A stretch of DNA of 64,000 nt from Hamiltosporidium tvaerminnensis FI-OER-3-3 (lineage: Eukaryota; Fungi; Microsporidia): the NCBI GenBank assembly GCA_022605425.2, contig CM061250.1, forward strand, positions 930,001 to 994,000. Reading direction: 5' to 3'. The position numbers and the translations under genes were made by a program. Positions within the stretch are counted from its first letter, which is position 1, and the number at the start of each line of letters is the position of its first letter. The notes beneath the pieces were generated by a model, which was given only the letters and a program-made list of their open reading frames with translations, was not told where the DNA came from and made no database searches. This document shows positions 28,303-40,710 of the stretch, in pieces.

Positions 28303-30860
28303 TTAATACTCCTCTATATCATCTAATACATCACTTACACCTAATAACCCACACATCCTCTCTACTTCCTTATAAATACTCTCAAAGTGTGTAGAATGAT
28401 CTACACTATTAGTTATATAAATACCTTCTCTCTTCTCTTTACACTCTCTTACCTCACTAATATAAAAATACTTCCTTACAACATTACCAAGCATACCAGC
28501 AACAGTATTTAGTATATTGTTATTATCTTGTATATTGTTATTATCTTGTATGTTGTTATTATCTTGTATATTCTTATTATCCTTATTACTACTATCAAAT
28601 CTATTATCACTCTTATTACTACTATCAAATCTATTATCACCCTTATTACTTATATCAAATATACTACCACCCACACTACCACCTAAATCACTACCCCCAC
28701 CCTCATCCCACACCATACTTATTATACACACATTATACCCTTTTGGTGCTACACACTCTCTATTACCTAATACTACTAAAAATATATCATTTACTTTACA
28801 TAACTCACCTCTTAAAAATATAACCTGTGAACTTTCTATATTTTTATTTTTTATTTTTACTTCTCCTTTTATAATACAAACACATCTTATTATTTTATAT
28901 TTAACATATGTTAGTAAAGGTAAATAATAAGGTTCTGATATTATATTATTAACACGTATATTAGTATAAGTATTATTAAGAGTATCACGAAGGGTAAGGT
29001 GGAAAGTAGGGGATTGGTTAGTATTAGTATTATTTATACTAGGGTTAGGGTTATTACTTATACCAGGGTTATTATTTATACTAGGGTTAGGGTTAGGGTT
29101 AGTATTTATGCATTTATTAGGGTTAGGGTTAGGGTTAGTATTTATGCATTTATTAGGGTTAGGGTTAGGGTTAGTATCATTAGGGTTCTTACTATTACTT
29201 ATAATAGGGTTAGGGTTATTATCCTTATCTTTATCCTTATAACTTATATCCTTATTACCAATATCCTTATCCTTACTATTACCAATATCCTTATTACTAC
29301 TATCCTTATTACCCTCACCCCTATTACTATCACCCCTATTACTATCAATATTACTCTCACCCCCATTACTATCACCACCCTCACCACCCTCACCCCTATC
29401 ACCCTCACCACCACCCCCAAACATATTACCCACTATCTCTGTGTTAAGTCTGTATACTGTACCTTGTATAGCTGCTTTTCTACAAAAAGCTTGTGATAAC
29501 TCAGAAAGACCATATAATGGATAAATATAAGGACTATTACTACTATAACATGTACATGATTTAACATATGTATATATCTTATCATATGTTTCTATAGGAT
29601 GTTTATATAAGTAATTATCATCTAAATTTAGTGCTATAGCATGTCCTATAAAGTCAGAAGAGGAGGTGTTTAGTTTAAAGTATTCAAACTGTTCCTTCAT
29701 AGTAGATCCATGGAAAAGAAAGGGTTTAGTATTTAGAGGGTTGTTATTAGGGTTATTAGTATTTTTAGTATTATTTAGAGGGTTATTAGTATTAGTAGGG
29801 TTAGGGTTATTAGTATTATTACTTATACTTATGTTACTTATATTACCTTAGTATCCTTAGTATTACTTATATCCTTATTACTACTTATACTTATGTTACT
29901 TATATTACTTATAAAATCATTATCATTACTACTGTTAGTGTTATTAGAATTAGTGTTACTGGTATTTATACATGGACTTGAATTTACAACCCTATTACTT
30001 ATATTAGTTATATTAGTATTATTAGTACTGTTATTACTACTGTTACTACTGTTATTACTGTTACTACTGTTATTACTACTACTACCAACCCTACTACTAC
30101 TATTACCACCACCCACACCACTACCCCCCACACCCACACCCACACCCCTACTACCATTCCTCATCTCTGAGTACTTACGTACATTCCAGAAGAACTGTAT
30201 AACTCTTGGTTTCTGCCATAGAGATATAACACTAGATTCAAAACTTTTTCTTTCATTAGTTGGTACTTCATATATACATTGGTTAATATATATATATGAG
30301 TGTGGTATATGTGTAAATGAAACAGTGTTATTTATATCAAATTTTGAAAGAAGTTTTTTCATGTAACCGTCTGATAGAAGTAGTTTTGGTGTTAAGTCTA
30401 TAGAGAAGTGTTTATCAAGTGAGAGGAGAGAAGTATTAGTGTGGTGGTTATTAGTATTAGTATTATTAGTAGAGTATAAGTTATTACTATTAGTATTAGT
30501 ATTAGAGTTATTAGTATTAGTAGAGTTATTAGTATTAGTATTAGAGTTATTAGTATTAGTATTAGAGTTATTACTATTAGTAGAGTATAGGTTATTAGTA
30601 TCACACTTACTACTTGTATCACACCTATCACACAAATTATTACTACTATCACACTTACTACTATCACACTTACTACTAAAAAATAATGTTCCTTGTATTT
30701 TCTCTTCTAGTTCACTTATACGTAGTGTACGTGTTTCAGAACCATATGATGAATTCTTATCTATATGTAATACTGTATATCCTTTAAGTGAAAGTATTTG
30801 TGCTAAAATACATTCTGTAAGTCCTGTGCCTAGAATTATAAAATCGTATTTTTCTTCCAT
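28303..30860 (-). CDS. GDI1: Rab GDP-dissociation inhibitor with long low-complexity insertions; one frameshift at ~29846
   Basis: YDFIILGTGLTECIL...LHIDKNSSYGSE, FSIDLTPKLL, then DFIGHAIAL, SPYIYPLYGLSELSQAFCRKAAIQGTVYRLN and STHFES. The second ORF frame is open upstream of its ATG (GNISN...KPFLFHGSTM) to ~29847. Confidence 0.9.
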
Positions 30861-31084
30861 TTTTTAGGTGTAGGGGTTGTTTAGGTAAAATATAAATAAA
30901 AAAAAATGTGGGGTGTTAGTATATGAGTTATAGTATGTGTTAGGTGTGTGTTAGTGTTGTGGTTAGTGTTAGTATATAGTTAGTGTTATAGTTAGTAGAG
31001 TATTATGAGTATGTGTTATAGTGTTATATGTATATTAGTATGTGTGTTAGTGTTATAAGTAGAGTATAATATGACTTATTAGAT

Positions 31085-31340
31085 TTTATTAAAGGTTATA
31101 AGGATTTACAAAGGTTATAGGGATTTACAAAGGTTATAAGGATTTACAAAGGTTATAGGGATTATAAAGGTTATAAGGATCTATAAAGGTTATAAGGATT
31201 TATTAAAGGTTATAAGGATTATTAAAGGTAATAGGGATTTACAAAAGGTTATAAGGATTTACAAAAGGTTATAAGGATTATTAAAGGTTATCAGGATTTT
31301 ATTAAAGGTTATAAGGATTTAAAATTCATATAAGGATTAT
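31085..31340. repeat. ~19-20-bp tandem array (aaaggttataaggatttac), ~12 copies
   Basis: Direct read. Confidence 0.9.
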
Positions 31341-31849
31341 AATAATAATAAATAAAAGTCTTATCTCTTAAGTAATATTAAAAATAAAATAGAAAATTTT
31401 ATTAAAATTTATTCTTTTGTTTATTATCTATATGTTGTAGAATATAGATATTTTTAGGTACTGAGAGATATAAGAATAGGAAATAGTAAGGTATAGGAGA
31501 GTAAGGTATAGGAAATAGTAAGGTATAGGAAATATTAATAAAAGTAAGAATATGTGAGTAATAATAGGAAAGTAAGACTAAGAAATAGTAATAAAAGTAA
31601 ATACTAATAAAAGTAAATAGTAATAAAAGTAAATATTAAGACTAGGAAATAGTAAGAATATAAATGTTTAACTAAACTTTTTGTTTTGTTGGAAATAAAT
31701 GTAATAAAATATTATTTATGTTCTTATATTGGTTTATATTCTTTATGATTCTGTGTGATTTATATATTTTAAATACTTTCTTTAGGGAATTAAGATGATT
31801 ATATCTAAGAGTTAAAATGTTACTAAATAAAACAGACAAAGCTTATGTT

Positions 31850-32007
31850 GTGTGTTATATGTTGTGTGATATGTGATATGTGTTATTTGTTATGTGTTAT
31901 GTGTTATGTGTTATGTGATATGTGTTATGTGATATGTGTTATGTGATATGTGTTATGTGTTATGTGTTATGTGTTATGTGTTATGTGTTATGTGTTATGT
32001 GTTATGT
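31850..32007. repeat. Heptamer microsatellite (T(T/A)ATGTG-type), ~20 copies
   Basis: Direct read: ttatgtg/atatgtg units. Confidence 0.92.
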
Positions 32008-32359
32008 TGATATTTAGGTTTTATTTATGAAATGATTTAAATTTTTAATATTTATGATATGTTCATATCTTTGTAATATATTTTTTAAAGGTTATAAAAA
32101 GTATTGAAAACGAATTAATATAGAGATTTGATGTTTATATATATCAGATAGGATGTTTGAAGAATTAATTTTGTTTGGTAATAATTTTCTTTGAGGAATA
32201 TTTTATATTTTTATTGTTTGCTTTGATGTAATTTGATTGTGTTTTAAAGATAATATAATATTTATTTGGGCTAAAGATATAAAGTATGTCAAAATAATTA
32301 TACTTATGTTTTAATAAAAACTATTCATATTAATGGTTTGTGTTGAAGTGTTCATATTG

Positions 32360-32462
32360 GTATAATATGAGTATAATATGTGTATAATATGTGTATAATA
32401 TGTGTATAATATGTGTATAATATGAGTATAATATGAGTATAATATGTGTATAATATGTGTAT
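32360..32462. repeat. 11-bp tandem repeat (tataatatg(t/a)g), ~9 copies
   Basis: Direct read; explains the spurious 32311-32496 ORF. Confidence 0.9.
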
Positions 32463-33369
32463 TTTTTAAATATATAGTTAAGGTCATTTTATACAATAAT
32501 GTCTATTATAACAAAAAGATTGATTTATAAATGTATAGTCAATAACGAACACCGAATACATCTAATTCATATTTAATATGCCATACATGAGCCCCGAGAC
32601 TGCTAATATCATTTTTTTATGTAATAACAAGTATTTTTGGCAAAAAAATATAAATTTCATTCAAAATTTCGATTGATTTTTGCCTTAACTAATTCTTATT
32701 TTTAAAGTAAAAAGACACAATTTTTTTCATATTCATAAAGATATTCTATTAAGTTTAAATATGGTGACTATGGGGGCAAAACTGTATTTCAATTCAATTT
32801 TTGACTACAAATATTTCACAACAACTTTTGTGTGTGTTTGCTATTATTATTTTACTGAAAAAGTTAGTCTTCTAAATTCATATTTCTAACAGATGATACT
32901 AAATAGTTTGCAAGAATACTAGCATATTTAAATCGGTCTATAATAGTATCAATAGATGTCAAATTACTAACATCTTGATATAACATACATGCCAAACGAT
33001 AATATTTCTTCATTTATGCTTAAATATATGCGTCGTGTATTTAGACACCTCTCCCTAAACATAAACCTTACCATCTAAATAAAACAATTTGAATTTGCAT
33101 TTATTACTAAATATTGTATGATTCTAATCGGTATCTGAAATTTATAAAAATAAGTTTGAAATTGTAAATCTAGCAACCAAATTTTTTTGTAATAATAAAT
33201 GTTTTTGAGCAGGGGAACGGGCATAGATTCCAACTTTGTTAAGATGATTTCTTATAGTCTAAACAGTACCGTTATGTTTACATAAAGCATTCAATTTTTT
33301 TAATGATTTAAATGGACTAATTTTAGGATTTTTCCTTCTAAAATTTGAAATTCTATTGGTCATAGTAAT

Positions 33370-33530
33370 ATCTATAAGAAGAAATCGTCCACAACACCGT
33401 TTACAATTTGTATCTTTTCTATTTCTAATTTTATAAAGTGTTATGGACTATCGATATAGTTACTTGAAGCGATTCAGAAAATTTTCTTATAGAATAACCT
33501 TTTAAGCATACCTTCACTATAACATTTTTA
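33370..33530 (-). mobile_element. Possible Tc1/mariner transposase N-terminal relic
   Basis: GYSIRKFSESLQVTISIVHNTL resembles the Tc1 HTH, followed by KRCCGRFL (GRPR-like position); no TIRs or DDE region seen. Confidence 0.3.
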
Positions 33531-34597
33531 TTACCGGTGGATTGAATATAACTAAATGAAAGATGATTTAAAACACACAAGAAAGAATTAACTGATCTAT
33601 CAGGCAATATATAAACGCTTTTTATTATCCGAATTTTTTCTGACATTTTAAAAAATTACGTTTAAATTCATAAATAGAGATTTTTAACGATTTCATTGAG
33701 AACAATATAGGCATAAAATATTATACTTCATTATTTGCTACTAGACAGTTTAAAATAACCATAAATAATATATGAAAATTTAAAATTTTTTGAGTGTCTA
33801 TATTTTATCTTGACATACTGTAAATTATAAGCTTAAAATGTTATTTTGACACTTTCAAGCTTATAAAGTGCAATTTAAATCGGAATATTAAACTCAGTTG
33901 ATAAAAATTTGAGTTTTTTTAGTAAATCTAAAATTAAACTCTCCATCAATGGTTTGAAGTCCGCTAAGAAAATTTGTTTGGATATATATTTTTTATTCAG
34001 ATATATCTAAGGTATAAAATTGTAGAAGATTCTTTAATTGATTAAAACGAAGCACATTCTTAACAGTTTATTTTACAATACAAGCAAAAACTTCAACTCA
34101 AAGAATTGAACTTAAAATTTTTAATCAATATAATTAATAAACCATATTTTATACCAAAAACTGTATGTTTCACTTATCAACCTATGTTCTGAATAGATTT
34201 ATTGATTTTTCAAGGATTAAAAAAATACAGTGTTGTAATACTGATATAGAAATAGTATTTATAGTTATAAGATTTACTTTTCTTTATTCTAAATTTTTAA
34301 GGAATTATTATATTGGAATTTTATAAAAAAATTTAAAATAACTAGTTTAAACTAAATCTTTACGAGGAGTATCGGAGCAGACTAGATTTTTCAAAGAGTA
34401 TAATTTTATTTAAATGAAATAATTATGTTTAAAGATAAAGTAAAATTGGAATTTAAACTGCGTGGGTTAAGATATTTTGATATATTGTAAGACTTTGTTA
34501 ATTGAAAATTTTATATAGCACAAAATATATTTGGGACTGACGAATCTTTATCAACTTTATTTTTACAGTAAAATATTTCTAATACTTAGTCTTTTTA

Positions 34598-35971
34598 CTA
34601 AAGCAATCCCGGAATTCGTTGTACATTAACTCCTTCCTCGCTATCTTCTACTTCCACACTTTCACCGTCTCCTAATCCTGGTCTGTTTCGTATCCAAAAT
34701 CTGACACTTTGATCCACGGATCCCGAAGCCATTATATGACCCAACGGATGATAATCTATACACCATATTGTTCCTTCATGCTCAGTCGTTGTTGCAACTG
34801 GTTCTTCTTTAAAAGACTGCCAGTAATAAATTGTTCCTTCTGCTCCACCGCTTACAAACATATTATTGATAGTTGGGTGAGCACAAAGAGCCGTGACTTC
34901 TTTTCTGTGTCCCTTATATGTACACACTTCTTTAAATGTACGAATATCCACCATTTTTATGACCTGGTCTTTTCCACCGGTCAAAAGATAATTACAAACG
35001 CTGTCTGATGAATTTCTTGTCAACCATTTGAGTGCTAAAACCGTATTTTTATGGATATGAAATGTCAGAATTTCTGTGTGCATTCGAGGATCCCAAAGTT
35101 TTATTAAATTATCTTTCCCACCGCTGGCTATTAATGACTTATACGGATGCCATTGTGCTACACGCACATCCCATCCATGACCAGACATACTACTTTCTTC
35201 TTTACAATCCTTGGTATCGAATATTTTAATTGTTCCATCATCACTTGCTGTATAGAATTTACTATCACTATGTGCGAAACATATATCCCGTATGCTTTCA
35301 TTGTGTGCCTGTATTATTTGTATATTATTCATACTTGGATGCCAATATTTCACCGTCCCTAGACTGTCACCCGACACAAGAAATTGTGCACTCGGCGCCC
35401 AACACATACTCCTTACCGCTGATTCATGTGCCTGTAAAATCGTTTCGAAATTAAAACTATAACCGTTCCAAAGCGTAAATTCCCCAGTAGAAGTTCCACT
35501 AATGCATCTTCGACCATCCGGTGTCCAACGTAATGTATTTACAGGACACCGTGTCTTATTAATACTAGCATGTGCAAATTTAGTATTAAGAGTAAAAGTT
35601 GTGTCATATGCAGTACTGTGTGTGTTCATAGATGTACGTTGATTAGAATTCTGGTCGGTTTCATTCATTTGATTTTCTTGAGCAAACGAAGAATTGGTAA
35701 TTTCACTTGTACCGTAACTACTGTAATTATAAGAAGAAACATGGTGATGTGGAAGCTTTAGTGCTATGATATGATCACTCACATCATAATGAGCTGTTGT
35801 TTGAATTGGTATATTTTTTGTAAAATTTCTATGATATATTATTGCAGAGCTGTAATCCACCGCCTTACGAATTGCCATATTTCTCATTCGCTTTCCGTCA
35901 TAAACAAATTTGGGATTTTGAAAACGCGCAGACATAATGTCTTTAAGATTTATTTTTGGATTTTCTGACAT
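34598..35971 (-). CDS. PFS2: Polyadenylation factor Pfs2/WDR33 (WD40)
   Basis: DGKRMR...[66 protein letters not shown]. Confidence 0.95.
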   Translation of the reverse strand: MSENPKINLKDIMSARFQNPKFVYDGKRMRNMAIRKAVDYSSAIIYHRNFTKNIPIQTTAHYDVSDHIIALKLPHHHVSSYNYSSYGTSEITNSSFAQENQMNETDQNSNQRTSMNTHSTAYDTTFTLNTKFAHASINKTRCPVNTLRWTPDGRRCISGTSTGEFTLWNGYSFNFETILQAHESAVRSMCWAPSAQFLVSGDSLGTVKYWHPSMNNIQIIQAHNESIRDICFAHSDSKFYTASDDGTIKIFDTKDCKEESSMSGHGWDVRVAQWHPYKSLIASGGKDNLIKLWDPRMHTEILTFHIHKNTVLALKWLTRNSSDSVCNYLLTGGKDQVIKMVDIRTFKEVCTYKGHRKEVTALCAHPTINNMFVSGGAEGTIYYWQSFKEEPVATTTEHEGTIWCIDYHPLGHIMASGSVDQSVRFWIRNRPGLGDGESVEVEDSEEGVNVQRIPGLL

Positions 35972-36659
35972 TCTAATAAAATACAGGGTAGATTCGGATT
36001 CATATTTTATTGTTTTAAGTTATTATAGTTACAAAGTTTATGAGATTTAATTGATTCTTTAAAAAATTCAATCTTTTGTATTTTTACAAAAACAGAGATT
36101 TTAATCCCAAATATTTAAAAAGTAGAATCTGAATTTCATAATTGAAAAATCGATAAAAAAAATATAAAAAAATTAAAAATGAAAATTTAGATGAGGTTGT
36201 TAGGATACATATACATTTGATATTCTTTATTACAATTATAGCTCTTAAGATTATAAGTTGGGCTTCGAATTTGATTTATTTCTAATTATTTTATAAGAAC
36301 AAGTCGGTTTTATATTTTTATCATTAAAAGATAGAGATGAATAACTAAAAAAATTACAGAAATAATTTTTTTTAATATTGATTTATATTACCCACTGACT
36401 ATAGATGTTTATTTTGTATGAACGGTATTTTTTAACTACAAATTAAAAATATATTTGCAATGACAGAAATAAAATTGAATTGAAGTTGTTAAAGAATGTA
36501 AATATTTTTTTTTATGGAAGCAATTATTAGTGAAGAAATTGTAGTTTTATATTAATTTAAATAATATAAACGGATAATTCCTACAATCCTCAATTCTTAA
36601 TGGAGGGTTTATAAACTCGTTTGAGAAACTTCATCTTATAAAATATCAACCAGAAACAA

Positions 36660-37389
36660 CTTTATTTAAAACTATCACATCTTTTTTAAAACAGTGGCAA
36701 GTGTTATATTTGTTTTCATGACATTAACGCAGTTCTAGGTTTAACATAAATAACTGCTACCCCAAAACTCCATCAGTAACCCCTGCGATACCTACGTCCC
36801 CAAAGCCTTTCATTTACCAGGTGTGTAGAACCTAATTACTAGGCGAGGCAGTTGCCCGGAGTTCGTTAATGTCCGTTGCATGGAGTGTGATCGAAGGCCG
36901 AAGCCCCCCCTGGGCTCCCCCAAGACTATGCAGCATTCCCACTTACTCTACACTTTCTGAACCCAATAAACTTCTAGCCAAGATATATTTCAGAGAATTA
37001 CATGGGGTCCACCTAGACAGTGCAATGTCATACCAACAGGTATAACCTGCTACTTAGCTCTCCCGGCTTTAAATGGTTTTTTGTTTTATATCTCCCAGGC
37101 GCTAAGTCTTCTAACCCGAGTGAGCAAGGCTAGGTTTCCATGCTTTTACATGGCAATTACCTACATGTTCAGCTGCGGTCTGCAATCTGGTTACATAAAA
37201 AACTACAAATAAATTTGTAGAAAAAGTTTCTCCATTTCTTAGACCTCTCCTCCTCATACAAACTCCCATGGAACAACCGAGGATGTAGTGTGGTTTTATT
37301 CCCACCAAAAATCCAAACAATGATCTCACACCAGTTTCACACACTCATTGCCAAGCAGAAAGTTTTTTATGTGGTTATCCTCCCTCCAC
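36660..37389 (-). mobile_element. ~730-bp SINE-like element, copy C
   Basis: Full length; TSD tcaaccagaaa at 36646-36656 and 37392-37402. Confidence 0.9.
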
Positions 37390-38766
37390 TTTCAACCAGA
37401 AAAAGAATATAAATTAAGATATTTAATATTAAGACTTATGGGAATCCAGGAAAAAAAACGTTCAATATGTATTTGTTGAAATTAAAAATACATATTTACG
37501 AACTAAAAACTTTCCAATATCTTTATAATAAGTTTTCTTTGAATGATTTATTCTCAAAATATGATTAAAAAATAAATTCAAACATTAATATAACATTATG
37601 AATAACATTTTAAACATTTTTTTCAAAAATATGACGCATAAATAAAAAGAATATTTTAAATTTCAATGGTATAAGAAAAAAAGAAAAATTCATTTTTTAA
37701 GTATTTTTAGGTTATGTTATTATTATGACTCTGATTTTTAGTTGGGTATGTTCATGTTGATCTATAAGTAAAAAAATTCGACTTCAAGTTATTTTATGAG
37801 CTAAAAAACCAAAGATTTTGCTTCATTCTTTCAAATTTAAGGCGCAGATGAATTAAAATTTTAGTGAATAAATTTAGAAAAGACATGCTTTTAAGTATTT
37901 GGTCAGCTTAAGTAATAAAAAGCAAAATAATTTACAAAAAATATCGTGGAATTCTATTGCGTCGAAGAAGGCTAAATTAAATAATTAGTTAATTTGTAAT
38001 AAATTATTTATTTATAAATTTGACTCAAAGGGGGAGGAATTTAAAAACTGTAAAAATCGATACAAAGAAAGGATTAAATTGGTAAAATCGAGGAAAATAA
38101 GTCAAAAACATCTCATCCTAGTTTATTATAAAAAATAACAAGTTTTTACGTTTTTTTTTATTTCCATTATAGAAATTTAGGACTTTAAACTATATAGAAT
38201 GTATTTAAGACAATATACTTAACAGATTCGAAAATATACTAAGAGATATAAAAAAATACAAAAAATTCAAAAAAGACTACAGTTTTGCCAAGTATGCTAT
38301 TAAATTGTTCTTTTATAAACAAAAAGACCACATAGCTATTTTAAAAACATAATTCGAAGCGATTTCATTCATACGTTTAAAAAAATAAGGGGAAAGCATA
38401 ATTTGGATGTATAACAATATATTGATTCTTTTCTAAAAATACAGGTATACATAATATTTTGTACAAATAAACTCCGGTTTTTTAATGAATCAAATGCAAC
38501 TTAATAAAGTTTACACCTCAAAATTTAAAGAAAAAACAGTATTCATAAAATTGGCTAAAAAACAAGAAAGAAGATAATTAAAAGGAATTTCGTATATCTT
38601 AGTACAAAAAGATTTTAGAAAAACCGGATATATTTAAATAATTAGCAGATAAACATAAATGATATAAAACCTTTTAAATAATAACCAGTCAATTCATTAT
38701 TGTAAATCCAGGGTACGGAAAGTCTTTATGCAACAAAAGTATAATTTAATGCGGAATTCTAAATAT

Positions 38767-38973
38767 TTATTGTAACCAATCCTCAAATACTTCGTTTATA
38801 ACAATTTTTGGAAGGTAAAGAATTTTTCGCTGTTTAAAATATTTTACTTTTGCTTTTGTATTTCTATGCGGAAGTAGAACTGTTCTAAAATCTTGTGTGT
38901 AGAAAGACCTATGATGTATGCCTTTTACTAACAATAGAATAAATGCCAGAATGAATGTATATAGATGTTTCAT
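38767..38973 (-). CDS. Short ORF with signal-peptide-like N-terminus (small secreted protein or 5' end of a pseudogene)
   Basis: aaaccctaaATG start context; MKHLYTFILAFILLLVKG hydrophobic leader. Confidence 0.4.
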   Translation of the reverse strand: MKHLYTFILAFILLLVKGIHHRSFYTQDFRTVLLPHRNTKAKVKYFKQRKILYLPKIVINEVFEDWLQ

Positions 38974-39441
38974 TTAGGGTTTAAAAAAGTATGATTATAA
39001 TAGTAAATTATATGCTCTCCTTTAATGATTTTTTAATAATTCTATTGGCTTTTTGGCTAAGATTAATGCACTCAAAGGAGAAGTATTGAAGAGACAATTA
39101 TATTTGCAACAGAAGAATCTAGTTGATAAATTAAATTGGTAATTGATGATTTTAAAAAAAGGTAGATTTGAAATTAAATACCTTTATCTGTGATAAAATT
39201 TCCTAAGTTTCTAAAAATATATATATCGACAAACAAAAATTAGTAAAAAAAATCGATAGTATTTTAAGATTAAAAAATTGAAGTTTAAATAAATATTATT
39301 CTAATAAAGTATTTTCAAAGTATTACAACTTTTTTTTATTTGCTATTATAAAACAAGTTCCATTCGATTATGTATTGATTAGAAACATTTGTTGTAAATT
39401 ATAGTTACAATAAAATAACATATATCAGCCTATAGATTATA

Positions 39442-40266
39442 TTATTCTTTCGTTGATTTATCTATAAAACAGTCTTCTGAATTAAATGCCTCTTCCGCTA
39501 AAATATTCCAGGCATTTAAAATAACGCTGTTTTCTACTTCAAGTCGTTCTTTCAATTCAGTAATCTCATCTTGTAATTTTAAAAGAACACCGTTATCACA
39601 ATTCGTGTTGTTTGAAAGACAAAAAACATTATCGAAATATTCTTTTTTAGTCTTTTCTAATTCGGCTTGTAAAACCGAAACTTGATTTTTAAGATCAAAT
39701 ATTTCTGCTTGCAACAAAGTTATCTCGGTTTTATTTGTTTCTAAATCAATATTTTCTATATTTGCATCTGAACAATTCGGATTGAAAAGTATATTTTCAA
39801 GAAAAATTGTGAGTTTTTTTGACTCAATGGAAGAAAGAATCGAGGCCCTTTCGGGGAATTTAATAAGATATAGAAGACAAATTAGACCTATAAGTTTATA
39901 GTATTTCGATAATTTTCTTTCATTTATATTTAATTCTACGGTTTCATTTATGGCGTAAAATTCATTTTCATCTGGTTTTTTTGATGCTTCTTGAATGCTA
40001 TTTAAATTTTTATAATTTGAATTTTCTACTTTAAAATAATTTTCTTCATTTAAAAGAAATGAAAAAACATCTATTTTATGTTTTAAAGAAGCATATTCTT
40101 GTACTTTGGTTGCAATAATTTTGTAATTTAAAATATCCGAAAATGAAGAATTAGAATCTTCCAATTCTATGCTTTTAAAACAAATATCAATCGTATTAAG
40201 AATTACTAGAATTGAAGGTGGATCTAAGGTTTGTGTCTGTAAGAGTTTTTTAAAGATTGAATACAT
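39442..40266 (-). CDS. Hypothetical protein with C-terminal coiled coil
   Basis: 274-aa ORF in AT-rich DNA; heptads LQAEIFDLKNQVSVLQAELEK; no family recognised. Confidence 0.75.
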   Translation of the reverse strand: MYSIFKKLLQTQTLDPPSILVILNTIDICFKSIELEDSNSSFSDILNYKIIATKVQEYASLKHKIDVFSFLLNEENYFKVENSNYKNLNSIQEASKKPDENEFYAINETVELNINERKLSKYYKLIGLICLLYLIKFPERASILSSIESKKLTIFLENILFNPNCSDANIENIDLETNKTEITLLQAEIFDLKNQVSVLQAELEKTKKEYFDNVFCLSNNTNCDNGVLLKLQDEITELKERLEVENSVILNAWNILAEEAFNSEDCFIDKSTKE

Positions 40267-40710
40267 AACTTGTATTTAAATTTAAGAAGGTACTATGAAA
40301 TTAAATTTTTATCCCTAAAATTATTATTTTCATTTATAAATTACAGATTACACAAAAATTAAGTGAATATTTTTAAGAAAAGAAAACTATTTCAAAATAA
40401 AATTATTTAAATACAAAATATGATTATAGAGATCTTACTATAAATATCCAGGTAAGTCCATGAAGAATTGTGAGTGTATATTTGGATTAAATCGAAGAAA
40501 TATTCAGCTGAATTATATTTTTTTAGTTGTTTGAAATTTATTTATATTTTTTAGTTGTTTGAAATTGAAAAAAAATTCGAAAATAATCAAGTAAATATTT
40601 AGAACTCACTAAATATTTCCAAAAATTTTACATTTAAGCAATAAATATTATTTATGTGTTTCATATATTTTTTTGACTTTGTTATGTAATTTACTTACAT
40701 AAATGTATAA

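Noticed and set aside
34709-35968. Six short plus-strand ORFs
   Set aside because: Antisense shadows of PFS2.
37330-37355. Hammerhead-like AATGAG...GAAAC near the SINE 5' end
   Set aside because: It lacks the CUGANGA core and a stem II in all three young copies.
39047-39066. 18/20 match to the U2 snRNA 5' stem (GGCCUUUUGGCUAAGAUCAA)
   Set aside because: The essential GUAGUA branch-point recognition sequence does not follow; chance match or tiny relic.
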